DNA of 64,000 nucleotides from Octopus sinensis. Its lineage: Eukaryota. Position 1 is the stretch's first letter; each line of letters opens with the position of its first letter. Location of the stretch: assembly GCF_006345805.1 (NCBI RefSeq), contig NC_043004.1:87606001-87670000 (forward strand). The letters run 5' to 3'. The notes under the pieces were generated by a model. That model saw only the letters and a program-made list of their open reading frames with translations, was not told the origin of the DNA and made no database searches. Made by a program: the position numbers and the translations under genes. This document shows positions 1-12,000 of the stretch, piece by piece.

Positions 1-767
1 AATGAACCTACATCAAATTGCTGACTAATCCAATATTTTCAATTTAATTCCTTTTATAAATTCCATATATAAAAATAGAACCACTAGGAAATTCATCATA
101 AAGCAGGGTTTTTTTTTTTTGTTCATAACATTTGACTTTGTATTTAAAAGGGATTAATTTTATAAAAAGAGAAATCTCTTTCTGTAGCAAAACCAAATTA
201 CTCATTGATATTATTAATTTTTGACTGTTCTGTAGTTCTAAATCAGATTATGATAGAGTAAACCAAAATTTATATGCTCTCAAAAGGAAATCATCGCCTT
301 GCAGAAAAATAAAACAAATAACAACAAAAAACTCATGAATATGAAAATTAGATAGAGAATGATTTGACAGCTGTACTGAAATGAATGTAGATGTATTAAA
401 TTATACTAATGGAAGAAGTAACTTTTTTGGGGACAAAATCTCCTTATCTCAGTTTTCTTGAGACATTGTTCCAGTACAAAAATAGGAAGATACATGCAAA
501 GTACTGTAGAATGCTAAGTTGCAAACAAAATGAATTAATTCAGTATTTCAGATTTAAAAGCACCAATCATGGACTGTAAATTTAATTTCTTTTTTTTCTT
601 TTTCATGACAGAGGAGGGAAAGAAATTTTCCTGAAGTCAGAGAGTTGGCTCAAATGCTTTGAGCAGAGTTGATTATAATAAAAATGAGAAAAAAGGTGAA
701 TAAATGGATTATCTATTACAAGGACATGGATAGTAACTCCACTAGGTTTCTGTACAATTTCCCCTGA

Positions 768-901
768 ACCAAATTTCACAGGAAAGACTTTTTTCAAACC
801 AAAGCTATTGTAGAAGACACTTGCCCAAGATGATGCATAGTAGGATTGAACACAAAAGCATATAGTTGTGAAGCATACTTCTTAACCACACAGCCATGCC
901 T
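768..901 (-). mobile_element. SINE head A + partial core
   Basis: tagaagacacttgcccaag...cttcttaaccacacagccatgc is the reverse complement of the SINE 5' part. Confidence 0.8.
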
Positions 902-1431
902 GCATAATTACTCATTTCAAAATGTTTAGTTTACAATTAGGGTTTGTTATTGATGAACAATGTTAGATAAAATAAATTGTCAATAATATGCTGAGTAAAT
1001 ATTTTTCTATTAAATACATTAAATCATAATGATACACTGATACATTAAATCATAATGATGTTTAGCCTTGGTTATAGGCATCCTTTATAGATAGATGATC
1101 TCAATATGTTAAAGTTATGTATTATTCTCATGATTTAGAAAAATCATGTAAAAGTTAACATTAACTTTAGAACGTAGATTGAGGCAGCCATATATTCATC
1201 AGATAGTGAAAATATATTCCAAGACTCAGGCTTAATTATTTTACACTGTGTGTAAATATTATTCAACATTATTCTTTAGTTAATCAGTGTTACATGTTTG
1301 ATAACTTAATATTTCATGCCTTTAGAATAAAAGAACCTGTATGTATTAATGTCAAATTAATGGATTTTATCATCTATTACAAGGCCATGGATAGTACATC
1401 TTAGAACACTCTGAAATTCTACAATATAAGC

Positions 1432-1606
1432 TGCATGTTTTAAAATGGTCAAAATTAAAATGCTGCATCAAAATTTCATGCTAATTCATGTTCTGAACAT
1501 CAGCTCAATAATGACAAAATAATTATACTATATTCTTATTATTTTCAAAATTAATTGAAACAAAGGTAGTGTATTTCATTAAAAAATATGGTAATGAAAG
1601 GATTAA
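1432..1606. mobile_element. Older, left-truncated relative of the piggyBac-type MITE
   Basis: The interior aattaaaat..aatt.atgtt..cagctcaataatgac..aaaattaattgaaac matches the family, and the right end is ggtaatgaaagga-TTAA. Confidence 0.65.
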
Positions 1607-1848
1607 TAATATACACAAACAATTCTCCTACACATACATAACCAACAACTCACCTGACTTTCCTAAATCATCAGACATGAAGTGGTTCTTCATTTCTCAT
1701 TGAACTATCTCATAATTGCTGACAAGTACCTGAGCTAATTACTGAAGTCTAATTTGATTCTTAACAATTCTATTTTTTCTTGCTGCTTTGTATTTAATGT
1801 TCTCATATTAGTATTGTAATCATCAACAAATATCTCCTGCAGCCAACT

Positions 1849-1850
<2 letters not shown>

Positions 1851-1882
<32 letters not shown>
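1851..1882. repeat. (TC)n microsatellite
   Basis: Direct reading. Confidence 0.95.
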
Positions 1883-1886
<4 letters not shown>

Positions 1887-2559
1887 AGGATCACAAGGAA
1901 AGTTTTGAAAATCTTGATGCACTAGACATATAAATGGTTTCTAGTGTGAGAAAATTAAAAACTAGGAAAGTCACATTCAGTATTAGCAAACCCCTCTTCA
2001 ATGTATGACAAGCAAATATTTTCCCCATAGCTTATATCTCAACCAAAGCACCTGGATATAAACTTTCCTTATGTACAGCTATAATTTCATACATTATGTG
2101 CTCTTTACTGTTCTCAACTCATAAACTGTCTTTCAAGGATCAATCTCCTTTCAATTCAGTTGCATTAATCAATTATCTTCTTTGAGTCATCTGTAATTTT
2201 GTGCAAATAATAGAACCTTTTCAAGTCTTCTTATCTTTCCACTCTCATGCACTGTCTTTAAAGACCATTAACATCATCCCAATTTGGTTAATATTGGGTT
2301 ATTGTCTGTAATTGCAGTGTCTGAAAGCTTTTATGACTAAATGTCTTTCTTGTGAAGTCTTTCCCCAAAAGTTCTCTGTCTTTTGACTTTCTCAAATTCG
2401 TTTTGATATTTTAAAATGATGATTACTGTAATAACTTGAAAAATTGCCTGCAGGAAAATTAATTTTTAATTTTTAGATTTAAAAAAAAATTTGAATTTAA
2501 CATGGGAAATGTTTACTTCACAAAATATGAACTTTTTAAATATTAATTTGGTCCTCTTA

Positions 2560-2950
2560 GGACCAAACTGAACAAGAGACTTGAAAAGAAGTTTGATGGT
2601 ACATATACAAGAATACTTCATGCAGTTATCATCTTTCATGTCAACAATACCCTATAAAGCAGTTACTGTGTGACAGTCTTTCTACCATCACCTTTGTAAT
2701 CAGAGAAAGAAGAACTTGTTAAGCAAGAAACTACTGGAGAAGCAAAGTTGAAATATGCAGCTATCTCCTACTTCAGAAACCCATGCATGGACATACAGGT
2801 AGCAGAAGACCAAGAAAAACATATTGATCAACTTGTGGAAGTCACTAGATATAAGGGTGAGGATATTAAGACTGCTGTGGAAGATTGGGACATCTGGTGT
2901 GAAAAAGTTGCCTTGGTCCAGGCAAGTTTATCCGAATGGATAAATGGATA
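2560..2950 (+). mobile_element. Decayed RTE-like LINE ORF2 3' end
   Basis: With frameshifts it reads LEKKFDGTYTRILHAV..SCQQYPIKQLL..VIRERRT..YWRSK..HGHTGSRRPRKTY/IDQLVEVT..DIKTAVEDWDIWCEKV. This is the typical C-terminus of RTE/RTEX ORF2 and explains track ORF 2748-2951. Confidence 0.85.
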
Positions 2951-3597
2951 GACAGAGCCATATTCTGCCTTTTTGATGATAAAGTTGGTAAGAAACTTGA
3001 TCAGAGACTGTCCATTGAAATTGTTACAATGATGCCATGAAACAGTAACTTTAGTAATTGAAAACAGAAAAACAGTTATATTCACTTTCCATATATTTCT
3101 TTATAATATTATACTTATGAAGTATTATGAAGATTAGATGCACTTTTGGAACCTGGTCCCTGAGACAATTCTATTGCATCTGTTGAAAATAAGTAACTGG
3201 TGAGATTTTATAAGCCTCAGGCTATTTTCCTCTTGGTTCTTTTACCTCCTTTTTTTATTTTCTTGTTTCTTTTCTTAGTTAAAGTCAACTTTATATATTG
3301 TAGATTAAACTGATGCACAAAGCAATTCTTTTATATATCGGTCAGCTGTACTTTGTGCATAAAATGAGAGCACATTTTGTTTTTAGCTTTTTTGGGTGTT
3401 AAACTTGGGCCTGAGGGCCTCCTGATTTTTAGCTTTTGAATTTTGAACTTGTGGATCTTTTATTACTTTGAAATTATTCTTTCCCCCTTTGGTTTCTGTC
3501 TCTTCCTTATCTTAAATCTAATTTGATCTCTCTCTCATATATATAAATAAATATATATTGATACACACACAGACACTTATATAATGATTATTATTAT

Positions 3598-3860
3598 GAA
3601 GGTGGTGAGCTGGCTGAATTATTTGAAGACACTGCAAATGCTCAAAACTTAACCCTACAAGAAAACCCCTAAAAACTATTACTACTGTCAGAAAGAGCAC
3701 CCAGCACACTCCTTAAAGTGCTTTGTGTTAGGAAGGGCATCCAGCCATAGAAATCATGCTGAAACAGATGCTAGAGTGCAATGCAGTCCTATGGTTCTTG
3801 GATCCTGTCAAACCATCCAACCCATGCTAGTATGGAACACAGAGTTAAGTGATGATGAAA
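3598..3860 (+). mobile_element. Head-B-like start joined to tail Y
   Basis: gaaggtggtgagctggctgaa...aagagcacccagcacactc..ttaggaagggcatccagccatagaaatcatgc..ccatccaacccatgctagtatggaac..tgatgatg. Confidence 0.75.
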
Positions 3861-5061
3861 ATAACGACTATAACATCTTTTGCTTTTGCTTCATAAAAAT
3901 TAAGCTGTGGACTTTGAGATAACAGCAAATAAGCCTGGCTGAGGTAAAAACACCTCAGGAAACATTCTCCATACTAAATACACATGTGGTATGGCCTCAT
4001 ATATGTAATATAGGAAGTTTTAAAAATTCAATTAACTGAGATTACTCATACAATTAGTAAATAAAATCTAAAGTCCTATAAGAACTTTGGAAAATAGAGT
4101 GGATTCAAATTCAGTTTGAAATTTAAACTCAAATTCAATTGTCAAGTGAGAATAATCTTGAACCAAAATGATCCAACTGAAAAAAAAATAATGCCTCCGG
4201 CTTTTACTTTCTGCACGTAATATAAATTCTTCCTGTGAAAAGTGGAATTCCTCACTTTTAATACAAAAGCAAATTATCAAAAATAAGAAAGAACAAAATG
4301 GAATATTGATAGAAAATATCAGTTATTTACCACCTTCATTCTGTTATGTATGTGTAGATTGAATCTAAGAGAGTGGCAGAAAGAGGTGAAAGAAACAGAG
4401 AGAGAGATGAGAAGAAAGAGGTAGATAAAAGAAAGAGGGGAAGCAGAGAGAAAGAGAAAGAGAGAGAGATGAATAAATAGGAACAGCTTTAGAAGAATAT
4501 GCTGTAGTTCTAATATATGTTGAATAATGATGTAATAATGTAAATGAGCCAGAGAAGAATATTTGTACATTTTTTTATGCATGAGTGCACAATGCATGTA
4601 CATACAATGCATGAATACATGAACAGGTGTGAAGCATACAGAATTTATAAAAGATCACTACAGTGTTAAGTGTTAATGATTTTAAAGAAAATGTTTTCTC
4701 TGTATTTCATTATTTGAAAATTATTGTGAGGAATATTATGAAGTTTTTAACAAACTGACTTTGTGATCCAGTTTAAATGTCTATTGAAAACAGCACAGTA
4801 TATTTTTGCTTATGTTCATTAAAGAGACACATCACATATTTTCATATCCCTTGTTGTGCAACTCTAAGCTTTCCTACCCTAATCAAGAAATATTGTTATC
4901 AACATTTTAATTACCAGTATAATGATTTTTAATAATTATTTTTACTTTCTGAGTGGAGACTTTTCTTTGTAATGATTCATATATCATGCAGCAATAACAT
5001 AGAAAATTTAGGGATGTATGCATTAGCATTTTTTCTTTTGTACATATTATGTACATTCACT

Positions 5062-5396
5062 TTGCAACCACATGGTTTCAAGTTCAGTACCAGTGCATGG
5101 CACCTTGGGCAAGTGTCTTCTACTATAGCCTCAAGCTGATCAATACCTTGTGAGTGAATTTGGTAGACGGAAACTGTGTAGGAGCCTATCATGTATGTGT
5201 GTATGTGTATATGTGTGTCTTTGGCCTAGCTCACTGCTTGGCAATTGGTGTTGGTTTGTTTACATCCTGTCACTTAGCAATTTGTCAAAAGAGATCAATA
5301 GAATAAGTACCAAACTTTAAAAGAAATACTGGTGTCAATTTGTCCAACCAAACCCAGCAAGGTTGCAGTCCAATGGCTAAAACAAGGATAAAAAGA
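5062..5396 (+). mobile_element. SINE, head A + core + tail X
   Basis: Collinear with 17103-17479 (ggcaccttgggcaagtgtcttctactatagcc; atagaataagtacc). Confidence 0.88.
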
Positions 5397-6825
5397 TATA
5401 TACATATACATAAATGTGTGTGTGATATATGTGTCCACATTTAAAGTGTGTGTGTGCATTTGTAAATATTTGGCATTTGAAATTCCAAAACCTGAGGCCC
5501 TAATTACCACAATCACGTGCATAAATACGTTAGACATCATCAAATGTGTATTGGGATAGTGCAAATGGCTGAACTAAAAAGGACTAAAACAAGCAACCAA
5601 GTGAAAGAAAATATGAATCTTGTCATTATGAAAATTAGAGTGAGGTAATAGTCTCATAGATCCTTATAGTAAAAAAAATTACTAAAATTACTATATAATG
5701 AGTTAAAGTTCGTATTAAGCATTATTACATTTTGGCACAAAATAATCACAAAAATTTTTATACACTTTTAATAGGTCTACCTCATATGTCATTTTCATAA
5801 ACTACAATAAATGTGTTTATAAAAGAGAAAAGTAAATATCTTATGAATGGAATTAATTTTATCTAATGAAAATATGATCTATTATATTTGATTGCTTTTT
5901 GCCAGTGCCATGTTAAATTAGATATTCGTATTTTAAAAAGTGTTTCATATTTCAAGGTTATGAACTCCTCAGATGTTTCAAGCACAGCTTCTAAAGCTAC
6001 TTAAAACAAAGATTTTTCAAGAATAGATTCTTGAAATGTCCTTCTCATGTGGTTTGGATAATTTTGTTCTTCATAATGGAAATAGAAATAACAAAAGACC
6101 AAGACTTGTAGTGAAACTCTGTGCTGGAGAGGACCCATCCAACCCATGCAACCATAGAAAAACAAATGTTAAATTGTTATTTAGGGCTCTCCAGTTTTCA
6201 TCTCCATATCAAGTTTTAATATGCTTCCCTTCATTACACACTATCTCATCAATGCACTTCACTTCCCTACTATCACTATATCTCTAACATCATAGCACCT
6301 GTGTTATGAGGGATGACATCACATTGGATTTGGCCATATTCTATTCTCTCTTCTTTGATGTTTTAGTGATCACTCCCTCCCCAATTACTTCTCCCCCCCC
6401 ATACACATTATTAACATCCATCATTATTCCTATTCCTTTACCATCACCCAACTTCATTGCTATCTATTACTCTCTCACACATAACTCCCTTTCTCACTCA
6501 CACCTGACATCCATCACTCTCTCTTCCTCCACTATTTTCCCATCAGAACTGTTATCGTTATCTCTTTTCCCATCACATAACTGTTCCTCCCAAATATCCT
6601 TCCAACACTCATCATATAGATGTCTATCACACTCTCTTCTTTAGCCTTTCACTTCCATCACTGTGGCTCTCTTCTGTTATGCTCCAATCTATCAATCTCT
6701 CACTCAAGACCTTTCTCATCACTCTCTCTCTCTTGTATCTACTGGGGTCAAGACAACTCTCTAACACTGATGAGCAAATGATTGGAAGCAATGAGTGTAG
6801 ATAGTAGTACTCTTTTGTCTTTTCA

Positions 6826-7140
6826 GAGGCAAGATAACCTCTTAAGTGTTGGTGTCATGATAAAATGCACCCAGCATACTCTGCAAAGTGGTGGGCAAAC
6901 AAAAGAAGATAATATAGAATGAAGAGGACTTTAGCCTTGCCAAGGATAAGGCAGCCTCTCTAGTGCTGGTGTCACAATAAAAAAGGGCCCAGTCATTCAG
7001 TAAAGTAGCTGGAAAACAAATAGAAACAACATATGTAGAGAGGATCTTTTACTATTGCCTAGGGCATGATACCCTTTCAAGTGCTGTTACAAAAAAACGC
7101 ACATGCAACAGCTCTTGTGCTGGTGCTAAGGTGAAGCAGA
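6826..7140 (+). repeat. Three degenerate tandem copies of a ~117-bp tail-Y module
   Basis: Anchors aagtgttggtgtca (6844), tagtgctggtgtca (6961) and aagtgctgttaca (7079), each followed by an aaaa..gc(a/c)c motif. Confidence 0.6.
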
Positions 7141-7626
7141 AAAGCTATAACATTTAAAAGTTTATGATTTAGTCTCCAACATATTTATGAGTTTAAGCAC
7201 ATCAAACAATTAAAAGACCACCTCGATTTAAAATAGTTCTAATGACTAAAGTAACTGATCAGAAAATGTTTATGCCCATTTCTAACTGTATTTATAACAG
7301 ATATGTTAAAAATTGCATATATATATTCCCATCAAATTTAATACCATCAAAAACGCTTTGTTCTCTTTTATTTTCATAGAAACACACACACACAAAACTA
7401 TTTAGAAGTATCAAGAAATATGAATATAAATCTATTTTATGAAGTATCTTAAATATGAATGTAGATATATATTTAGTAAAAAAAAAAAAAACTCTTTGAC
7501 AGAAAAAAAAGGGCTGTCTACCTTATTTCCTTCCAGGGATTTTTTTTTTTTTACTTGTTATGAGCTATTGTTTATATCTACATTCACATTTGAGATACGT
7601 CATAAAAAAAGAAGAGATTACATATA

Positions 7627-7828
7627 CAGGGGTGACTGAAAAGTTCCTGAGTTTGGGTAAAAGAAGATACCAAAAGATTGATTAATTATGATTTTATTCA
7701 ACATATTCCCCCCTCAGATTCACACACTTATTGCAGCAGTTGTTCATTTTTCTCAGCCCTGTAAAAACTTTGTAGGTAGAGCCTTTCATGATCCCCTTAA
7801 AGCCAAGAACTTTCCAGCACCCACCTTG
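7627..7828 (-). mobile_element. Mariner-derived MITE (~200 bp)
   Basis: TA then CAGGGGTGACTGAAAAGTTC...GAACTTTCCAGCACCCACCTTG (imperfect TIRs). The reverse strand interior reads CNKCVNL.G.EYVE*, like a mariner transposase C-terminus. Confidence 0.75.
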
Positions 7829-7830
7829 TT

Positions 7831-7890
<60 letters not shown>

Positions 7891-7995
7891 GAAGAGCAAG
7901 TTGAGTGGGATTTCAAGTTTTGCCAATCAGCCCTCACTCTTGGTATAGAATTGTCCCATTAGTAAATGTAATGTCATTCTTAATGTCACTTTAAC

Positions 7996-8057
<62 letters not shown>
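7831..8057. repeat. (TG)n(TA)n and (TA)n microsatellites
   Basis: Direct reading of 7831-7885 and 7999-8057. Confidence 0.95.
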
Positions 8058-8058
<1 letters not shown>

Positions 8059-8069
8059 TAAAGAGGAAA

Positions 8070-8400
8070 AGTGGCTGATGCCGGTGGCATGTGAAAAGCT
8101 CCTTTTAAGTGTTGGGTCTCATGGAGGCAGTGACCGAGACCTTTGGCATTATGTCGTGCTAGAGAAGAAGACCCATCAAGCCAAGCAAAATTGCAGTTGT
8201 GGCAGATACCGGTGTCATGCAAATGGCACATAAAAGCACCCATTACACTCTTGGAGTGGTTGGTGTTAAGAAGGGCATCCAACCATAGAAATCATGCCAA
8301 ATCAGACTGGAGTCTGGTGCAGTCTTCCAGCTTGTCAACCTTGGTCAAACCATCCAACCCATGCTAGCATGGACAACAGACACTAAATGATGATGATGAT
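8070..8400 (+). mobile_element. RTE LINE extreme 3' end (last ORF2 codons + 3' UTR = tail Y)
   Basis: From 8129 it reads SDRDLWHYVVLEKKTHQAK, the same C-terminus as the 41190-41930 element, and runs into aaaagcacccattacactc..ccaacccatgctagcatgg..tgatgatgatgat. Confidence 0.82.
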
Positions 8401-8595
8401 ACACATATACACACACACATTATTATTATATTATTATTTTAAATTGTTTGATTTAGCTCCATGTGAATTAAAGTTCTGCAGGCTACTAATACATACACAC
8501 ACACACACACACAAATAAATACATCATCAGTAGTTCATATATCTGAAAAAGAAGCACACTCTAAAACATTAGAGCAATAATATAATTTTGTTTTA

Positions 8596-8720
8596 GAAGG
8601 TTGATTGTTATGGCTGGTGGCCTTGGGCTATTTGAGTGTTACAACTCACCAACACAGCTAAGTAATTTATAGGCACAAAACAAATGGTCACTCTTTGACC
8701 AGCCATAACAATCAACCTTC
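8596..8720. mobile_element. Tc1/mariner-type MITE (125 bp) with perfect 23-bp TIRs
   Basis: TA|GAAGGTTGATTGTTATGGCTGGT (8596-8618) ... ACCAGCCATAACAATCAACCTTC|TA (8698-8720); TA TSD. Confidence 0.85.
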
Positions 8721-8730
8721 TATATATATA

Positions 8731-8927
8731 ATGTGACCTCATGTGTACCGTTGGTGATTTTTTTCCCTCTGTCTTCCCTTCTCTGGATCTTTCCTTCTCC
8801 TATATTTCCGACGAAGAGCTCCGCTCAAAACGTTAAACCCTCCTTCTTTCCTGAGCGTCAAATAATACTATATTTGTTCCACATCCTCGCGTTGTTGTGT
8901 TTTTTTTGTGCTTTCTTGTTTGGATTA

Positions 8928-8930
<3 letters not shown>
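8731..8930 (+). mobile_element. Penelope-like terminal repeat fragment carrying a hammerhead-like motif (8805-8837)
   Basis: TTT-CCGACGA-A-GAGC-TCC-GCTC-AAAA-CGT-T-AAA in a GC-richer repeat flanked by (TA)n. The PLE assignment rests on this motif only. Confidence 0.5.
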
Positions 8931-8977
<47 letters not shown>

Positions 8978-9310
8978 ATATAATGTATGTATGCATAAAC
9001 ACACTTATATCAGAATGTGTATTCATGTATATACATAAATGTGTATACATAAACGTGTTTATACATACATACACAACATATACATACATATACAATATGT
9101 ACATACATATGTACACACACACACATGAGTAAGTGACAAAAACAAATGGATAGACAAATGTATATTATTAGAAAGACTGGGGAGATGTATAGCTACACAT
9201 TTGTTTATGATATTAATTTAAATTCAAATGGCAAATAAGTTTAACGACACATCCTATTTATTAAGTAACTTTTAATATTTGTATAGCATTACCTTATCTA
9301 ATAGCTATCA

Positions 9311-9368
<58 letters not shown>

Positions 9369-9372
9369 TATA
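8931..9372. repeat. Compound (TA)n/(CA)n/ATAC low-complexity tracts
   Basis: Direct reading; source of the YIYIYI ORFs in the track. Confidence 0.9.
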
Positions 9373-9967
9373 TAGGCAGTATTCAGGTAGGAAGCAGAAA
9401 TGTAGTAGGTACCACTTACATTAGCAGTAGACAGAAGGTGGAATTTAAAATATGTGTGGAATGTATGAATGATCACCTGAATTGGAGCATATGAAGTTAT
9501 TGATTATTGAATAACATCGATGAAAAGGCGAAAGTGAATTGAAGAGTTGATGGATTCTTGAGCAATGATGTTGCTGTGACATGAGAACAAAGAGAGGGAT
9601 ATATGATATGATATGATATATGGCCACTAAAAATAAATTCTAAATACATTTGAAATATATTGAATTCAATGATGTGTTTTAAACTGTGCTTACTACATCA
9701 AAATGAAATGAAATGTTTGGAAAAATATCAATATAAATCAAATCAATTTAACAGTCATTGAAATTAGTAAATTCACATTGTCTATGTTGTACAAAATGAA
9801 AATTAGAAAGAACAAGAAGTTTTCCTGATGTAGGAGTCAACCCATTGCATATCTATCTATCTACACACACACACACACACAGATCATTCTTTTCCATCTG
9901 TCCACAGAGTGGTGGCAAAAGGTACTGTGATGTCAATGCTTTTTAACTTAGCCCTTTCATAGAGCCC

Positions 9968-9970
<3 letters not shown>

Positions 9971-10002
<32 letters not shown>
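9971..10002. repeat. (GA)n microsatellite
   Basis: Direct reading. Confidence 0.95.
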
Positions 10003-10005
<3 letters not shown>

Positions 10006-10215
10006 GACTCCTATATTAAAATGGTATTTTATCTATTAATCTTAGCAGGACCTGAACTCAGAATGTAGTGAGCTGGTACAACTATTTCAAGATATTCCAT
10101 TCAACACTTTAACCACACTGTTATTTTCCACTTTTGAACATCTAATAACAAATTACATGCACAGTTATTGTGAATGACTTGTGTGCCAGCACTATTTTGA
10201 GTTAAGAGAGAATTG

Positions 10216-10553
10216 TTTACTTGTTCCAGTTGTTGGACTGTAACCAAGCTGGGACACTGCTTTGAAGGGCTTAGTCAAACAAACTGTCCCCAGAACTTTT
10301 TCTTTTTTAAAGCTTGGTACTTATTCTATTGGTCTCTTTTGCCGAGATACTAAGTTACAGGGACATCAACAAACCAACACCAGTCATCAGGTAATAGAGG
10401 GGGGACAAACAGAAACACAAACACACATATTCACAATGGGCGTTGATCAGCCTGGGGCTATGGTAGAAGTCACTTTCTAAAAGTGTTGTGCAGTCGGACT
10501 TAACCTGAAACCACATAGTAGCAAAGCAAGCTTCTTAACCACACAGTCATGCC
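10216..10553 (-). mobile_element. SINE, head A + core + tail X
   Basis: tttacttgttccagt...ggtacttattctattggtctcttttgccga...cttcttaaccacacagtcatgc. Confidence 0.85.
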
Positions 10554-11097
10554 TGTGCCTGATGGTGATATTGGGATAACTTTTCCCTATGATATTGGGA
10601 TATACTTTTTGAGTGAAATTTGGTAGGTGGAAACGATACAGAAGCTCAGTGTATATACATATACATGTATGAATGTGTATGTTTAGGTTAACCTACAAAT
10701 CAATGTTGTTGCTTATGCCGTGTGCCTTTATAGTTTCTAATTTAATGACTTGACAAATAGAGTTTGATGAACAAAATACTAAACTGAAATATGTGGGGTC
10801 GATATAGTCAATTATACCTCTGAAGATAGTTGTACCCTGGTGTGACCAAAGTCCAATGATGAAAAAAACACCAGTGAAAGTATTGCTCCATGATATATTG
10901 TTTTACATTTCTAAGAAAGTTTAAGATTGCTCAACGTTAAGATATTTAGATCAGAAGAATATGCTAAACATTTATAAAAGTCTTGTAAATACTGACAATG
11001 TAATTTATTCACAAAGGCCTGATGGAAATCAGTGGAAATATCCAATTACATTATTGTATTCTTGTTTGATAATAGGGTTTATCAGTTCAAATATAAC

Positions 11098-11130
<33 letters not shown>

Positions 11131-11214
11131 GAATATAAGGAAAAATGTTGAATAAATAGCAACATAAGTGATGTCAATAAACTGATTGATATTTATTCTT
11201 TAATATCTCTATTA

Positions 11215-11420
11215 TGTATGAAGCCAAACCCTGTTGATAGCATTATTGATATCCAGTGTTATAAGTGGGAGGGAAAAAATTAAGGATACCAATTGATTAT
11301 TCATAGTGAAAGGTATATTGGCTGTATTTTTTAAAAGGTTAGAGAATATATTGCTTAACAATGGGTGCTTTGTCAATGTTATGAGTAAAGGTGATAAGGA
11401 GTTATAACAAGAAAAAATTA
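11215..11420 (-). mobile_element. CR1/Jockey-type RT fragment (tentative)
   Basis: Track ORF 11212-11487 ends LITLDINNAINRVWLH, resembling the RT motif LDISKAFDRVWH. Confidence 0.45.
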
Positions 11421-11559
11421 GACATTTTTTTTTATTAGTGGTTGGTAAAAAGAAGCAAAACAAAAGAAAAACGCAAACAAGAAACAAAAATATTTTGGAT
11501 AAAGAAGTTGCTCCTAATTTGAAAGAAAAGACTCAAACAATACAACCCTCAGAGTGATT

Positions 11560-12000
11560 GTTAGTTAGTTCATATAACTCTGTAAGAATAGGGTCATGAC
11601 TATTTCATGCCGGTGGTTATGATCTTGGACTATCTCCTTGATTTCAGACCAAAAGAGACTGATATGCTTTCACTTCATTCCCCCATGCATCCTTTCTAGG
11701 TTTTCTTAGATCATCCAACTTACCTATTTCCAGGTTGCCACTCTAACACTTGTCTTGCAATAATGCTTGGAGGTCTCCTCAGAGTTGACCAATCCAGCTC
11801 CATTTCCCTTTCAGAATTTTTTGATTGATGGGAGTGTGGTTCGTTCTACACCATGGATTTTTGTTTGAAATTTTGTCTGGCCACCAGATCTTGATTATGC
11901 AGTGCAGATATTTGTTGATGAAGGTCTGTAGTTTACTCTTTATGGCTTTGGTGACCCTTTAAGTTTCTGATCCATAAAGAAGAACAGCCTAAAGGGGTTG
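11560..12000 (-). mobile_element. Decayed RTE-clade LINE 3' end
   Basis: The reverse strand reads VLLYGSET..VTKAIKSKLQTFINKYLHCIIKIWWPDKISNK..RTNHTPINQKILKGKWSWIG..RRPPSIIARQVLEWQPG, with stops and frameshifts. Confidence 0.85.

Noticed and set aside
2748-2951. Protein-like ORF (first considered gag-like or a macro-domain exon)
   Set aside because: Frameshift-corrected translation fits a LINE ORF2 C-terminus much better.
6306-6644. 112-aa Ser/Leu/His-rich ORF
   Set aside because: By-product of a pyrimidine-rich repeat body. The DDITL resemblance to an RT motif is too short to call.
6764-6798. Second hammerhead candidate (CTGATGA at 6767)
   Set aside because: Stem II is weak, GAAA is replaced by GAAG and there is no convincing stem III, so it is too degenerate to support.
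7688-9494. ORFs rich in YI/HT/CV repeats (also 18077-18390 and 22767-23072)
   Set aside because: Translations of (TA)n, (CA)n and (TG)n microsatellites and SINEs.
9445-9627. Possible CR1-type 3' remnant on the minus strand (SLSPFHRCY..NFICS)
   Set aside because: Similarity is too short and weak to list as a feature without a search.
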